A stretch of 32,000 nucleotides of DNA from Ferroglobus placidus DSM 10642 (GTDB lineage Archaea; Halobacteriota; Archaeoglobi; Archaeoglobales; Archaeoglobaceae), in contig NC_013849.1 of assembly GCF_000025505.1 (NCBI RefSeq), forward strand, positions 2,070,001 through 2,102,000, read 5' to 3'. Below, piece by piece: positions 1 through 6,797 of this stretch; the stretch's first letter is position 1, and every line of letters starts with the position of its first letter. A program made the translations under genes and the position numbers. The notes under the pieces are model-generated. The model did no database searches and had not been told where the DNA came from. It saw nothing but the letters and a program-made list of their open reading frames with translations.

Positions 1-1
1 A

Positions 2-64
2 GAGAAGGGCGATTTTTCCGAGTTTATTCCGCTCGAAAAACTCGATGAGGCTTTGGAAGAATGA
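2..64 (+). CDS. 3' end of a small ORF running in from outside the window; probable antitoxin partner of the RelE-like gene
   Basis: Open frame ...EKGDFSEFIPLEKLDEALEE*. Its TGA (62-64) overlaps the ATG (61-63) of the next ORF (ATGA coupling), the usual antitoxin-toxin layout. Only 20 aa are visible, so no domain can be recognised. Confidence 0.3.
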   Translation, partial: EKGDFSEFIPLEKLDEALEE

Positions 65-315
65 GCTACAGCGTTTTTCTTCATCCGCAGGTCGTTAAAT
101 TTCTCAAGAAGATTCCTAAAACGGATGTCGAAAGGATCAAAACTAAACTCGCCGAACTTTCCGATCCTACTCCGTAAAAGCCGTCAAGCTGAAAGGTAAA
201 GATGCATTCAGAGTTAGGATCGGAGACTACAGAAATTCTCTATACCGTTGATGATTCCAAGAAAGTCGTTGTGGTCTTCAAAATCGATAAGAGAAGCAGA
301 GTTTATGATCGATAG
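61..315 (+). pseudogene. relE: RelE/ParE-family toxin (archaeal RelE-like), disrupted by two compensating 1-nt indels
   Basis: Frame 1 gives MSYSVFLHPQVVKFLKKIPKTDVERIKTKLAELSDPTP* (stop 175-177). A shifted frame gives KAVKLKGKDAFRVRIGDYR. The original frame then resumes with ILYTVDDSKKVVVVFKIDKRSRVYDR* (stop 313-315). Joined, this is a typical RelE with the R-x-GDYR-I-L-Y core. Both shifts lie at A-runs (176-179 and 233-235). It is missing from the ORF track because each piece is under 60 aa. Confidence 0.65.
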
Positions 316-395
316 TTCTCATCAACTGGCTCGGATGCAAATTTGCACCTGATTAAATTAAAGCTTGGACAATAGAACATTTCAGCGAAAGATAG

Positions 396-896
396 CTATA
401 CGCCTAAGCGTTCTCTTAACCACCGATTGTACTCCTCGAAGATTTTTTCTGGAATGGGGTTCATGACTGGAACATCCCTTACTTTCCGCATTAGCTTTAA
501 ATCGACAGTGTAAATTGTGGCTTTGAACATTTTGGCTAATGCTACAATGTATCCATCCCAAGACTCAACGCTGTAACCTAAGGCATTCGTTAGCGAATCC
601 AATGCAGTATCAACGCTGATATCTTCGTAAAAAGCTGGGGATCGAGTTTTCAGCGTTCTCGTAAGGGCTTCGTATGCGGATACCTTTTCTACTTTCAGAT
701 ATCTTGTCAAAATGTGGTAAGCATCTAAGATTGCTGACATTGGGATTACACACTTCTTCTTCCACTTTAGAACATCCGATAAAAATTCAAGTGCAACATC
801 TTTGGCCGGATTCTCAAAGTGAGATATCACTATTAGCCCAACATCTATTACTCCTTCAATCCGATCTTTTCCAAACCGTATTTTCTCGTCATCCAT
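396..896 (-). CDS. vapC: PIN-domain protein, VapC-like toxin
   Basis: 166-aa ORF with a PIN-like spacing of acidic residues (GVIDVG..., SWDGYIVALAK, IYTVDLKL). It lies directly downstream of, and overlaps, an AbrB-type antitoxin gene. Confidence 0.65.
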   Translation of the reverse strand: MDDEKIRFGKDRIEGVIDVGLIVISHFENPAKDVALEFLSDVLKWKKKCVIPMSAILDAYHILTRYLKVEKVSAYEALTRTLKTRSPAFYEDISVDTALDSLTNALGYSVESWDGYIVALAKMFKATIYTVDLKLMRKVRDVPVMNPIPEKIFEEYNRWLRERLGV

Positions 897-1120
897 TTTT
901 CTTCCTCCTCAACTTCAGAAACAAAAGCTTTCGGTGCGTTATTCTTCAAAAATTCAATCAAATCGTCCACCTTTTTCTCAAGATCCTCTCTTTGAACTCT
1001 AATTACTATTTCGTCTTCTCTTACACTCAGCGTAAGCTCGGAGTTCTCGTGAATGCCAAGCCTCTCCCTAATCTCCTTCGGCAGAACTATTCTCCCATAC
1101 CTGTCAACCCTCACTTTCAC
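848..1120 (-). CDS. vapB: AbrB/SpoVT-family antitoxin (VapB-like)
   Basis: N-terminus MKVRVDRYGRIVLPKEIRERLGI is the swapped-hairpin AbrB/MazE/SpoVT signature. GTG start. An acidic C-terminal tail overlaps the PIN gene by 49 nt. Confidence 0.8.
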   Translation of the reverse strand: MKVRVDRYGRIVLPKEIRERLGIHENSELTLSVREDEIVIRVQREDLEKKVDDLIEFLKNNAPKAFVSEVEEEEKWMTRKYGLEKIGLKE

Positions 1121-1149
1121 GTTAAACCATTGGATTGGAAATTTATAAA

Positions 1150-1508
1150 ATTTTTGGCGAATGGCAAGTTGAATGGCAAAAAACTGCTTTTGGTCATTCT
1201 CTGGAACGAATTTACTTCAAAACTTCATTATTTCTTCGCCTGAGCCAAATACAGCGCGTCGTAAATCGGAACGCTTTTCTCGACTGCGGTCTCTAGGGTA
1301 TTATTTTTGCTTTTTCGTCCGAAATACTTCTGTACAGAACGTGGTGCTTCCAGATAGCGTTTAAAACTTCAGCCAGCGCCAGTGTTATAGAACGTAAATC
1401 GCTCTCCTGCAAATATCGCTCAATAGCCGCTCAGTTTTCCTCTCTCAAGACGTATTTGGCGAGAGAAGAGGAGTCAATTACTATCGCGATTCCCCTCTCA
1501 CGTACTTT
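1150..1508 (-). pseudogene. Decayed PIN-domain (VapC) gene
   Basis: The minus-strand translation, pieced across frames, reads KVRERGIAIVIDSSSLAKYVLREEN*AAIERYLQESDLRSITLALAEVLNAIWKHHVLYRSISDEKAKIIP*, then in another frame VPIYDALYLAQAKK**. The PIN N-terminal IVIDSS and the later IYDALYLA motifs are both present. There is no start codon, and there are at least two in-frame stops and at least one frameshift. Boundaries are approximate. Confidence 0.5.
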
Positions 1509-1640
1509 TCAGCGGTTCCCTTTTCAGCTCCCGGTAAGTTTGCCAATTAGATGTTGCATTTTGAGTTTACGTGTGTCAGCACAGAAGTTGCTTAAATGCA
1601 ATTGATGAGTTTAAGTGAGAGAGGTAAGAAATAAACAGGC

Positions 1641-2129
1641 TCAGATCTGCCCTAGATACCTTTTCTTCAAATCTTCCAAGACTTCTTCAAGCTTTTTACC
1701 TTTAGCAAGCTTTTCAACTGCTTCTGTGTCCAAAACTAAATACTTGCCACTCTTCAAGCCGTATTTGATCATCTCCTTGTCTCCTGTCCAGATAGGGGCG
1801 TTTAGCTTTAAAGACAGAGCAATAAAAGGAGTGTCACTTTCATCAAATTGCCTTGCTATTTCATAAGCTTCTGGGATTTTGTCAAAATAAACATACTCTC
1901 CGCATATACGAATTCTCTTGGGCAAAACTTGTGTGATTGCAAACCACAAATCCCTCTCGCTAAAATCCGTATATTTGGAGATCTTGTCGTAATGTCTGAG
2001 AATTTCGAAATACGTGTAGGCGGGAGTGAAAAGAGATATTCGATCTTCCTTCATCAACAAATCCTTAATCTTCTTACTTTTTAACAAAGCTGAGATGATA
2101 ATGTTTGTATCGATGATCAACCTAATCAT
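1641..2129 (-). CDS. PIN-domain toxin (copy 1)
   Basis: 162 aa. MIRLIIDTNIIISALL is a canonical PIN N-terminus with the first catalytic Asp. Later motifs are FDESDTPFIALS and WTGDKEM. It overlaps the upstream small ORF by 8 nt. Confidence 0.8.
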   Translation of the reverse strand: MIRLIIDTNIIISALLKSKKIKDLLMKEDRISLFTPAYTYFEILRHYDKISKYTDFSERDLWFAITQVLPKRIRICGEYVYFDKIPEAYEIARQFDESDTPFIALSLKLNAPIWTGDKEMIKYGLKSGKYLVLDTEAVEKLAKGKKLEEVLEDLKKRYLGQI

Positions 2130-2361
2130 TGATCAATCCTTTTTCTTTCAATTCTTCCTTGAGTTTTTTCCATGCAGAATCCTTTATAGCTTCGCTCAGC
2201 ATTTCAACATCCTCATCAGTAATTTTTGATTTTTCAAGAGTTTTATTCCATACTGCCTCTATCATTATCTCGTCGATTCTCTCGGAGACAACTTTTCGAA
2301 TCTGCTCCACGATACTTTCATCAACCCAGTCAGGGACTTCTATCTGGATGATCTTACCCAT
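2122..2361 (-). CDS. Putative antitoxin of PIN copy 1 (family not recognised)
   Basis: 79-aa acidic ORF, translationally coupled to the PIN gene. It shares its N-terminus MGKIIQIEVPDWVDE and C-terminus GLIND with the paralog at 2843-3079. Confidence 0.55.
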   Translation of the reverse strand: MGKIIQIEVPDWVDESIVEQIRKVVSERIDEIMIEAVWNKTLEKSKITDEDVEMLSEAIKDSAWKKLKEELKEKGLIND

Positions 2362-2376
2362 ACTTATTTATTAGTC

Positions 2377-2850
2377 CTAAGAAGATAAATACCTTTTCTT
2401 CAAATCCTCCAAAACCTCTTCGAGCTTTCTGCCTTTGGTAAGCTCTTCAACTGCCTGAGTGTCTAAGGCTAAATACTTATCACTTTTCAAACCGTATTTG
2501 ATCATCTCCTTGTCTCCTGTCCAGATAGGGGCGTTGAGCTTCAAAGACAGAGCAATAAAAGGAGTGTCACTTTCATCAAATTGTCTCGCTATGTCATAAG
2601 CTTCGGAGATTTTGTCCCTGTAGTATTCCCGTGGGACAATACCAATCCGAGTAAACAAAATGTGAAAGCACTCCTCCAATTCTTCAGAATTAAACTTCTC
2701 AAAGTGTTTCTGTATTTCGATTAGGAGCTCCTCTGGAGCAATTAGCTCTATAATTGAGCTGAAAAATATTATTTTCCTTAATATCCTACTCTTTTTTCCC
2801 TTGATCAAAGAGCTAAAAACGATGTTCGAATTCACAACAAGTTTAATCAT
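2377..2850 (-). CDS. PIN-domain paralog (copy 2) in which Asn replaces the first catalytic Asp
   Basis: 157 aa. The N-terminus is MIKLVVNSNIVF, with codon aat where copy 1 has the Asp of IIDTN. The C-terminal half is nearly identical to copy 1 (AYDIARQFDESDTPFIALSLKLNAPIWTGDKEMIKYGLKS...). Confidence 0.75.
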   Translation of the reverse strand: MIKLVVNSNIVFSSLIKGKKSRILRKIIFFSSIIELIAPEELLIEIQKHFEKFNSEELEECFHILFTRIGIVPREYYRDKISEAYDIARQFDESDTPFIALSLKLNAPIWTGDKEMIKYGLKSDKYLALDTQAVEELTKGRKLEEVLEDLKKRYLSS

Positions 2851-3079
2851 TTATTAGCCCTTCTCTTTTGTATATTTCCTTAATTTCTGCCCAAACTCTC
2901 TTTCGAGTTTCTTCGAATGCTTTTAAGTCTCCCTCCGATAACTCGATTTTTTCGATTAAATCTTCAAATCTTTTATAGAGCAAGATGTTCTTTAACTTTT
3001 CATTTATTGCTCTCCTTAACTCTATTAAAATGTCCTCATCAACCCAGTCGGGCACTTCTATCTGGATTATCTTGCCCAT
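2843..3079 (-). CDS. Putative antitoxin of PIN copy 2
   Basis: 78-aa ORF, paralog of 2122-2361, overlapping PIN copy 2 by 8 nt. A TATA-like gatatttaag sits about 25-30 nt upstream on the minus strand. Confidence 0.55.
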   Translation of the reverse strand: MGKIIQIEVPDWVDEDILIELRRAINEKLKNILLYKRFEDLIEKIELSEGDLKAFEETRKRVWAEIKEIYKREGLIND

Positions 3080-3331
3080 GTTTGTTTATTCGCTCCGAAA
3101 TCTTAAATATCTTTTCTTCTATCTGTTTCCCTTAAAAAAGCTCAAGAAGTCAAAAATCGGCGCGGCTTAAACTCTGATTGATGTAAAAAACTGTGTCCAA
3201 AAGCCGAAGAACTTTGAGATACGTGAGCGACTGCGTTTGAGGTAGTGCGTCGAGACGGAGAAAACCCACACCATACGAAGCTTCACAAAGCTACCCCAAA
3301 CTTTATCAACTTTCCGTACTCGTTCAGATAA

Positions 3332-3934
3332 ATGAAGCATAAAGTCAAGCTGAAAGGCACGTTTAGCTTAAGCGAGAAAGATATTTTGGAGTTTCATCCT
3401 TGGGTAAAACCGCTTCTGGAGGAGATAAGAAGCAGAGGATGGAATTACGAGTTTTCCGATGTGAAAGCTGAAGTCGTGGTTGAACTCGATTTAGATGAGT
3501 TGAAACTCAACCTAAGATACTACCTACCCCCTCTGGAGAGATTCGAAGAAGAGGGAACTTACGAGATCTCAGCCGAAGTGGGAAGTGAACCTCCGGCAGT
3601 TCTAAAGATAATCTCAATTGAAAGTTCGCGTATCTACCAAAACTGCTGGAATGCTGCAGAAGTAGACCCCTTCAAACGTGAAATTAACAGCATTAAGGAC
3701 GTTTTGTGGGGCTTTGGGGAAGAAGTCGGTAAGCTTTCTCAGGCGAGGGAAGTTTTCGAAGTTGCAAGATGGTTGATTGAAAAGGGATTCAAACCGGCAA
3801 ACGACTACGTGATCAAAGACTACAAGAAACTCGTCGAAATGTTCGAAAAGTCCTACAAGTTTACATTAACGCTGGAAATTGCGGTTGAAGACGAAAATAA
3901 GGTGCCGGGATGGGGGAGCTTAAAAAGGAGCTGA
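3332..3934 (+). CDS. Hypothetical protein, no recognisable domain
   Basis: Clean 200-aa ORF with an ATG start. A TATA-like aactttatc sits about 25-30 nt upstream. No motif is recognisable by eye. Confidence 0.5.
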   Translation: MKHKVKLKGTFSLSEKDILEFHPWVKPLLEEIRSRGWNYEFSDVKAEVVVELDLDELKLNLRYYLPPLERFEEEGTYEISAEVGSEPPAVLKIISIESSRIYQNCWNAAEVDPFKREINSIKDVLWGFGEEVGKLSQAREVFEVARWLIEKGFKPANDYVIKDYKKLVEMFEKSYKFTLTLEIAVEDENKVPGWGSLKRS

Positions 3935-4035
3935 GCAAATTTTTCTACGAGAGGGGACTTTTGGCGGAGCTGAAGGCGGATCCGTTCAGAAAGCCCATAC
4001 CTTAGTTTCTCTTTACCCTTCAGCGAGATCGAGAG

Positions 4036-4422
4036 TTACCAGCACGAGCTCATTTCAAAACTTCTCGCGCAGTAGTCGAGCACGAGCTTAAATCCTTCTA
4101 AAAACTCCGTTCCGAGCACTATTTCGTCCACTCCTTGGGTAGTTTCCACAAATCCGTCTCTAAATGCTTCAATCTCAGGAATCACGATTCTGGCATAAGA
4201 GCCTGTGGATTCGACAAGCTTTCCTGTAGGAAGAGTTAAAACTCTCTTGTACTGACTCAGCTCGTCGAGACGGAGCTTTTTGAAAACCTCTCTCGGGACG
4301 ACTGCAAAACCTTCGTAGCCCGTGTCGATGACCGCAAGCACCCTGCCGGATTCAGGAAAAGTCACGGAAAGAAGAGGGTTGCTCAGAACGATCTCGATAA
4401 CAGGAGTTCCGTTAACGAACAT
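4036..4422 (-). CDS. Retropepsin-like (clan AA) aspartic protease, single-domain
   Basis: 128 aa with VLAVIDTGYEGFAVVP (a D-T-G active-site triad in its usual hydrophobic context) and a later ILGTEFL motif. The size fits a homodimerising retropepsin fold, as in the AF_0612-type archaeal family. Confidence 0.7.
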   Translation of the reverse strand: MFVNGTPVIEIVLSNPLLSVTFPESGRVLAVIDTGYEGFAVVPREVFKKLRLDELSQYKRVLTLPTGKLVESTGSYARIVIPEIEAFRDGFVETTQGVDEIVLGTEFLEGFKLVLDYCARSFEMSSCW

Positions 4423-4423
4423 A

Positions 4424-4732
4424 CTACTTCCAACCCATTCTCGCGACCGGCTTTATAGGCTCGGAAGAAACTATTTTCACGCTTCTCGGATCTATATTCT
4501 TCTCTTTCAATATTCTCGCGAGCTCTTCGAGGTCGCGAGCTTCAGCGACGAGCTCCTCTCCTCTGTAAGCTCTGAAGACCTTTTTCTTCTTCTCCAGCAT
4601 CGAAAAGTAGATCTTTAAAGCTTCTTCTATAATTTTCGACATCGCACCCTTGCTCGAACCGTATTTTTCTTTCACAAAGCTTCTCAACTTCTTTTCGACC
4701 TCGTCGCTTATCGAGATAGTTAATGTTCCCAT
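4424..4732 (-). CDS. Ribbon-helix-helix (CopG/Arc-like) protein with a C-terminal extension
   Basis: The N-terminus MGTLTISISDEVEKKLRSFVKEKYGSSKGAMSKIIEEALKIYF fits a beta-strand plus two helices (RHH). About 55 aa of extra C-terminal sequence follow. The stop is 1 nt from the protease ATG. Confidence 0.6.
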   Translation of the reverse strand: MGTLTISISDEVEKKLRSFVKEKYGSSKGAMSKIIEEALKIYFSMLEKKKKVFRAYRGEELVAEARDLEELARILKEKNIDPRSVKIVSSEPIKPVARMGWK

Positions 4733-4750
4733 GTAATTACGTATTACATG
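4730..4750. promoter_or_regulatory. Inverted repeat CATGTAAT-N5-ATTACATG overlapping the RHH start codon; candidate autoregulatory operator
   Basis: Perfect 8-nt arms at 4730-4737 and 4743-4750 with a 5-nt spacer. The left arm contains the ATG of the RHH gene on the minus strand. A TATA-like aaatatttaaataag (minus strand) lies about 30-40 nt upstream. Confidence 0.4.
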
Positions 4751-4785
4751 AATCTTATTTAAATATTTTCTCCTCTCTCCAATTT

Positions 4786-5184
4786 TTAGAAAACCCTCTT
4801 AATACCGGTTTTGTCGAAATCGCTATCGTTTGAGATTATTTCCTCAGCATTCTTTCTCTTAGCAACGGCTAAATGCAAAGAATCTTCGAAGTCCAGTCCG
4901 AAATCGCTCATGATATCTAAAGCTTTTGCGAAATCTTCTTTGACAAGTGGCTCGATTTTCAAACCTCCTATGCTCGTGAATGACTCAACGACGGTTTTAA
5001 CAAATTCTTCATCCGTTAAACTTTTGTTCGTCAATCCGGCGACGATTACGAGAGTTTCGTAGAGAGTCAGAGTGGAAGTTAAGTAATTTCCCTCCTTATC
5101 AATTCTTTTGATCCAGTTTTTGGCTTTTTCACCAAAAGAGGGGTGTCCACAGAGCCAGTAAACGAATACGTTGACGTCAATGAA
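4786..5184 (-). CDS. PIN-domain protein (VapC-like) lacking a canonical start codon; possibly a pseudogene
   Basis: The frame is open from the stop at 5230-5232 down to 4786. It reads ...SFSFIDVNVFVYWLCGHPSFGEKAKNWIKRIDKEGNYLTSTLTLYETLVIVAGLTNKSL...DFEDSLHLAVAKRKNAEEIISNDSDFDK. The PIN motifs (FIDVN, EDSLHLA, SNDSDF) are intact. However, the first in-frame ATG/GTG/TTG is the TTG at 5034, which is why the ORF track reports only 82 aa. Confidence 0.55.
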   Translation of the reverse strand, partial: FIDVNVFVYWLCGHPSFGEKAKNWIKRIDKEGNYLTSTLTLYETLVIVAGLTNKSLTDEEFVKTVVESFTSIGGLKIEPLVKEDFAKALDIMSDFGLDFEDSLHLAVAKRKNAEEIISNDSDFDKTGIKRVF

Positions 5185-5465
5185 GCTAAAGGATCTGATC
5201 GAGGAGCTTGGACTTTTCGAGAGAAGAACTCAGCAAAAGACATAGCAACGCGTAGAAATTATAGTAGGGCTTTATCAGAAGGTCAAGTTCGTCTGGATTT
5301 TGCATCTGAGAATAGTGAATATATAGTATGCCGTTCTGGTTTTGATCGTATTTTTGGCATTTTACTTCTTACTTGCTCAGCAGAAGTGTCGATAAAGAGG
5401 TTGAGCTGTTGATTGCGATAGAGAAAAAGCGGGGAGTAGAATTCCGAAAAGATTTACGTAAATCT

Positions 5466-6647
5466 TTACTTGAACAGTTCTATAAGGAATTTCGGTATTT
5501 CTTCATCGCTCAGCACGATTACATCTCTGGGATACCTTCTGTGGGGCTTTCCTGCTTTAACTTCAACCTTCAAATCATCTGCAATACAATCTATTTCGTA
5601 AGAGTTCCTGTAGTAGTAAATTTCACCGAATTTTCTGTAGAGGTGCTCCTGAACAACGTTTTCGATGAGTGCGGAGTATAGATAACTCGTATTGCTCCAA
5701 GCGGAAAAAACGTTTAAGAGGAGAGGATCTCTGAAGAATACCTTCCTCTCTTTCCTGTAAAGAACTCTTGAACCTTGCTTTAAATATGCGAAGTCCAGCA
5801 CGTAAAGGTTTTTGAAGAACTCAAGGTATTCCTGAACAGTTTTGTAGGAGTATCCTGAGGTGTCCTGAGCTATCGCTCTAAAGCTAACAGCTGAGGGCAT
5901 TTTGGATATTAGCGAGGCGAGGGTTTCTTTTGCTATCTCCAGACTCTTCCTGAATCTTACAATTTCGCCGATTATAGCGTTAAGGATGTGGGAAGATGAG
6001 AAACCGTTGATCGTCAGTGGAAAACCACCAGTCTCAAGATATTTTTTGAAAAGCTCAACCACTCTGTCGTATTCGAGCTTGTAGTTTTTAACTCCGTGAA
6101 CCTCCACGTATTCTTTAAAGCTGAGAGGTAAAACCTCTACCACTTTTCCCTTCCCAGTTCTTCCCGGAAAGAGCTCAATGTCTCTCCTCACTTTTAGAGA
6201 ACTCGAGCCAGTAACTGTTACAACGCAGTTTCCAAATTTACCTGTGTCGATCATGTATTTCACAGCCTTCCACCACTCTGAAATGCTTGTAACTTCGTCG
6301 AGAAAAACGTACTTCGTCTCTTCGGATCTCACCGCATTGAGATACTCTATTATAGCTTCTCCAAGACTTTCAAAGTCTGGAAAGATGTCGCAATCGATGT
6401 AGATCACGTTTTCGGCCTCAATGGTTTTGACGAGCTCTCTTATAAGTAACTTTAATCCCGTCGTCTTTCCTATCTGTCTCAAACCCAGAACGAAGTTCAA
6501 ACTGAAAGGTTCGAGTGAAAGCTTTTTGATCCACTCCGGAACCCACCTTATCCTCTGGTTTCTATAGTCAACGAGATTTTTGTCCCTCTCCTCCCATTCT
6601 TCTTCAGTCCACCAGGGATTCGAATCTCTCAGTATTTTTAAATACAT
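5466..6647 (-). CDS. AAA+ ATPase of the COG1373 type (AAA_14 plus DUF4143 architecture)
   Basis: 393 aa. The N-terminal NPWW motif, Walker A GLRQIGKTT, Walker B VFLDEV and the C-terminal region are typical of this archaeal ATPase family. A TATA-like ctttatatag lies about 27 nt upstream. Confidence 0.8.
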   Translation of the reverse strand: MYLKILRDSNPWWTEEEWEERDKNLVDYRNQRIRWVPEWIKKLSLEPFSLNFVLGLRQIGKTTGLKLLIRELVKTIEAENVIYIDCDIFPDFESLGEAIIEYLNAVRSEETKYVFLDEVTSISEWWKAVKYMIDTGKFGNCVVTVTGSSSLKVRRDIELFPGRTGKGKVVEVLPLSFKEYVEVHGVKNYKLEYDRVVELFKKYLETGGFPLTINGFSSSHILNAIIGEIVRFRKSLEIAKETLASLISKMPSAVSFRAIAQDTSGYSYKTVQEYLEFFKNLYVLDFAYLKQGSRVLYRKERKVFFRDPLLLNVFSAWSNTSYLYSALIENVVQEHLYRKFGEIYYYRNSYEIDCIADDLKVEVKAGKPHRRYPRDVIVLSDEEIPKFLIELFK

Positions 6648-6714
6648 GAGGAGTTAAACTTCTCACAACTATATAAAGCTTGCTACTATCAGTTCTCCAA
6701 AAGTTATGAAGGAG

Positions 6715-6775
6715 TTTAGGCTTTTTCTCTGGCAAGCTTTTCAACTACTTCGGTATTTAAGGTTAAAAAAGGCTA
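6715..6775 (-). pseudogene. Short relic of the C-terminus of a third member of the duplicated PIN family
   Basis: The minus strand reads PFLTLNTEVVEKLAREKA*, compared with YLVLDTEAVEKLAKGKK in PIN copy 1. The DNA shares caagcttttcaact (14 nt) with 1706-1719. The relic is truncated by the adjacent GT4 gene end. Confidence 0.3.
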
Positions 6776-6797
6776 TATAAAAGGATAAAATCTTTAT

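Larger units (their letters stand above)
1641..3079. repeat. Tandem duplication of a two-gene antitoxin/PIN module (units 1641-2361 and 2377-3079), conserved at both ends and diverged in the middle
   Basis: Perfect shared blocks: 1759-1802 = 2492-2535 (44 nt) and 1811-1851 = 2544-2584 (41 nt), within about 230 bp of clear similarity at the toxin 3' halves. The antitoxin 5' ends 2318-2361 vs 3036-3079 match at 40 of 44 nt. The sequence between these regions is not alignable by eye. Confidence 0.85.

Noticed and set aside
335-346. Perfect 12-nt palindrome tgcaaatttgca between the convergent RelE relic and PIN gene.
   Set aside because: It is short, AT-rich and isolated. It has no flanking T-tract for a terminator and no nearby promoter for an operator, so it cannot be distinguished from chance.
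1590-1645. Possible C/D-box sRNA: aattgatgagt resembles a C box (RUGAUGA) in the gap upstream of the PIN gene end.
   Set aside because: No CUGA D box lies at the expected 50-60 nt distance (only cagatctg), and there is no C'/D' pair or terminal stem. It is more likely debris from the antitoxin of the decayed PIN gene.
5143-5681. Plus-strand ORFs 5143-5412 and 5373-5681 lie in and near the PIN/ATPase gap.
   Set aside because: They overlap the PIN N-terminus and the ATPase 3' end on the opposite strand. They have no recognisable domain and lack TATA-like elements at the right distance.
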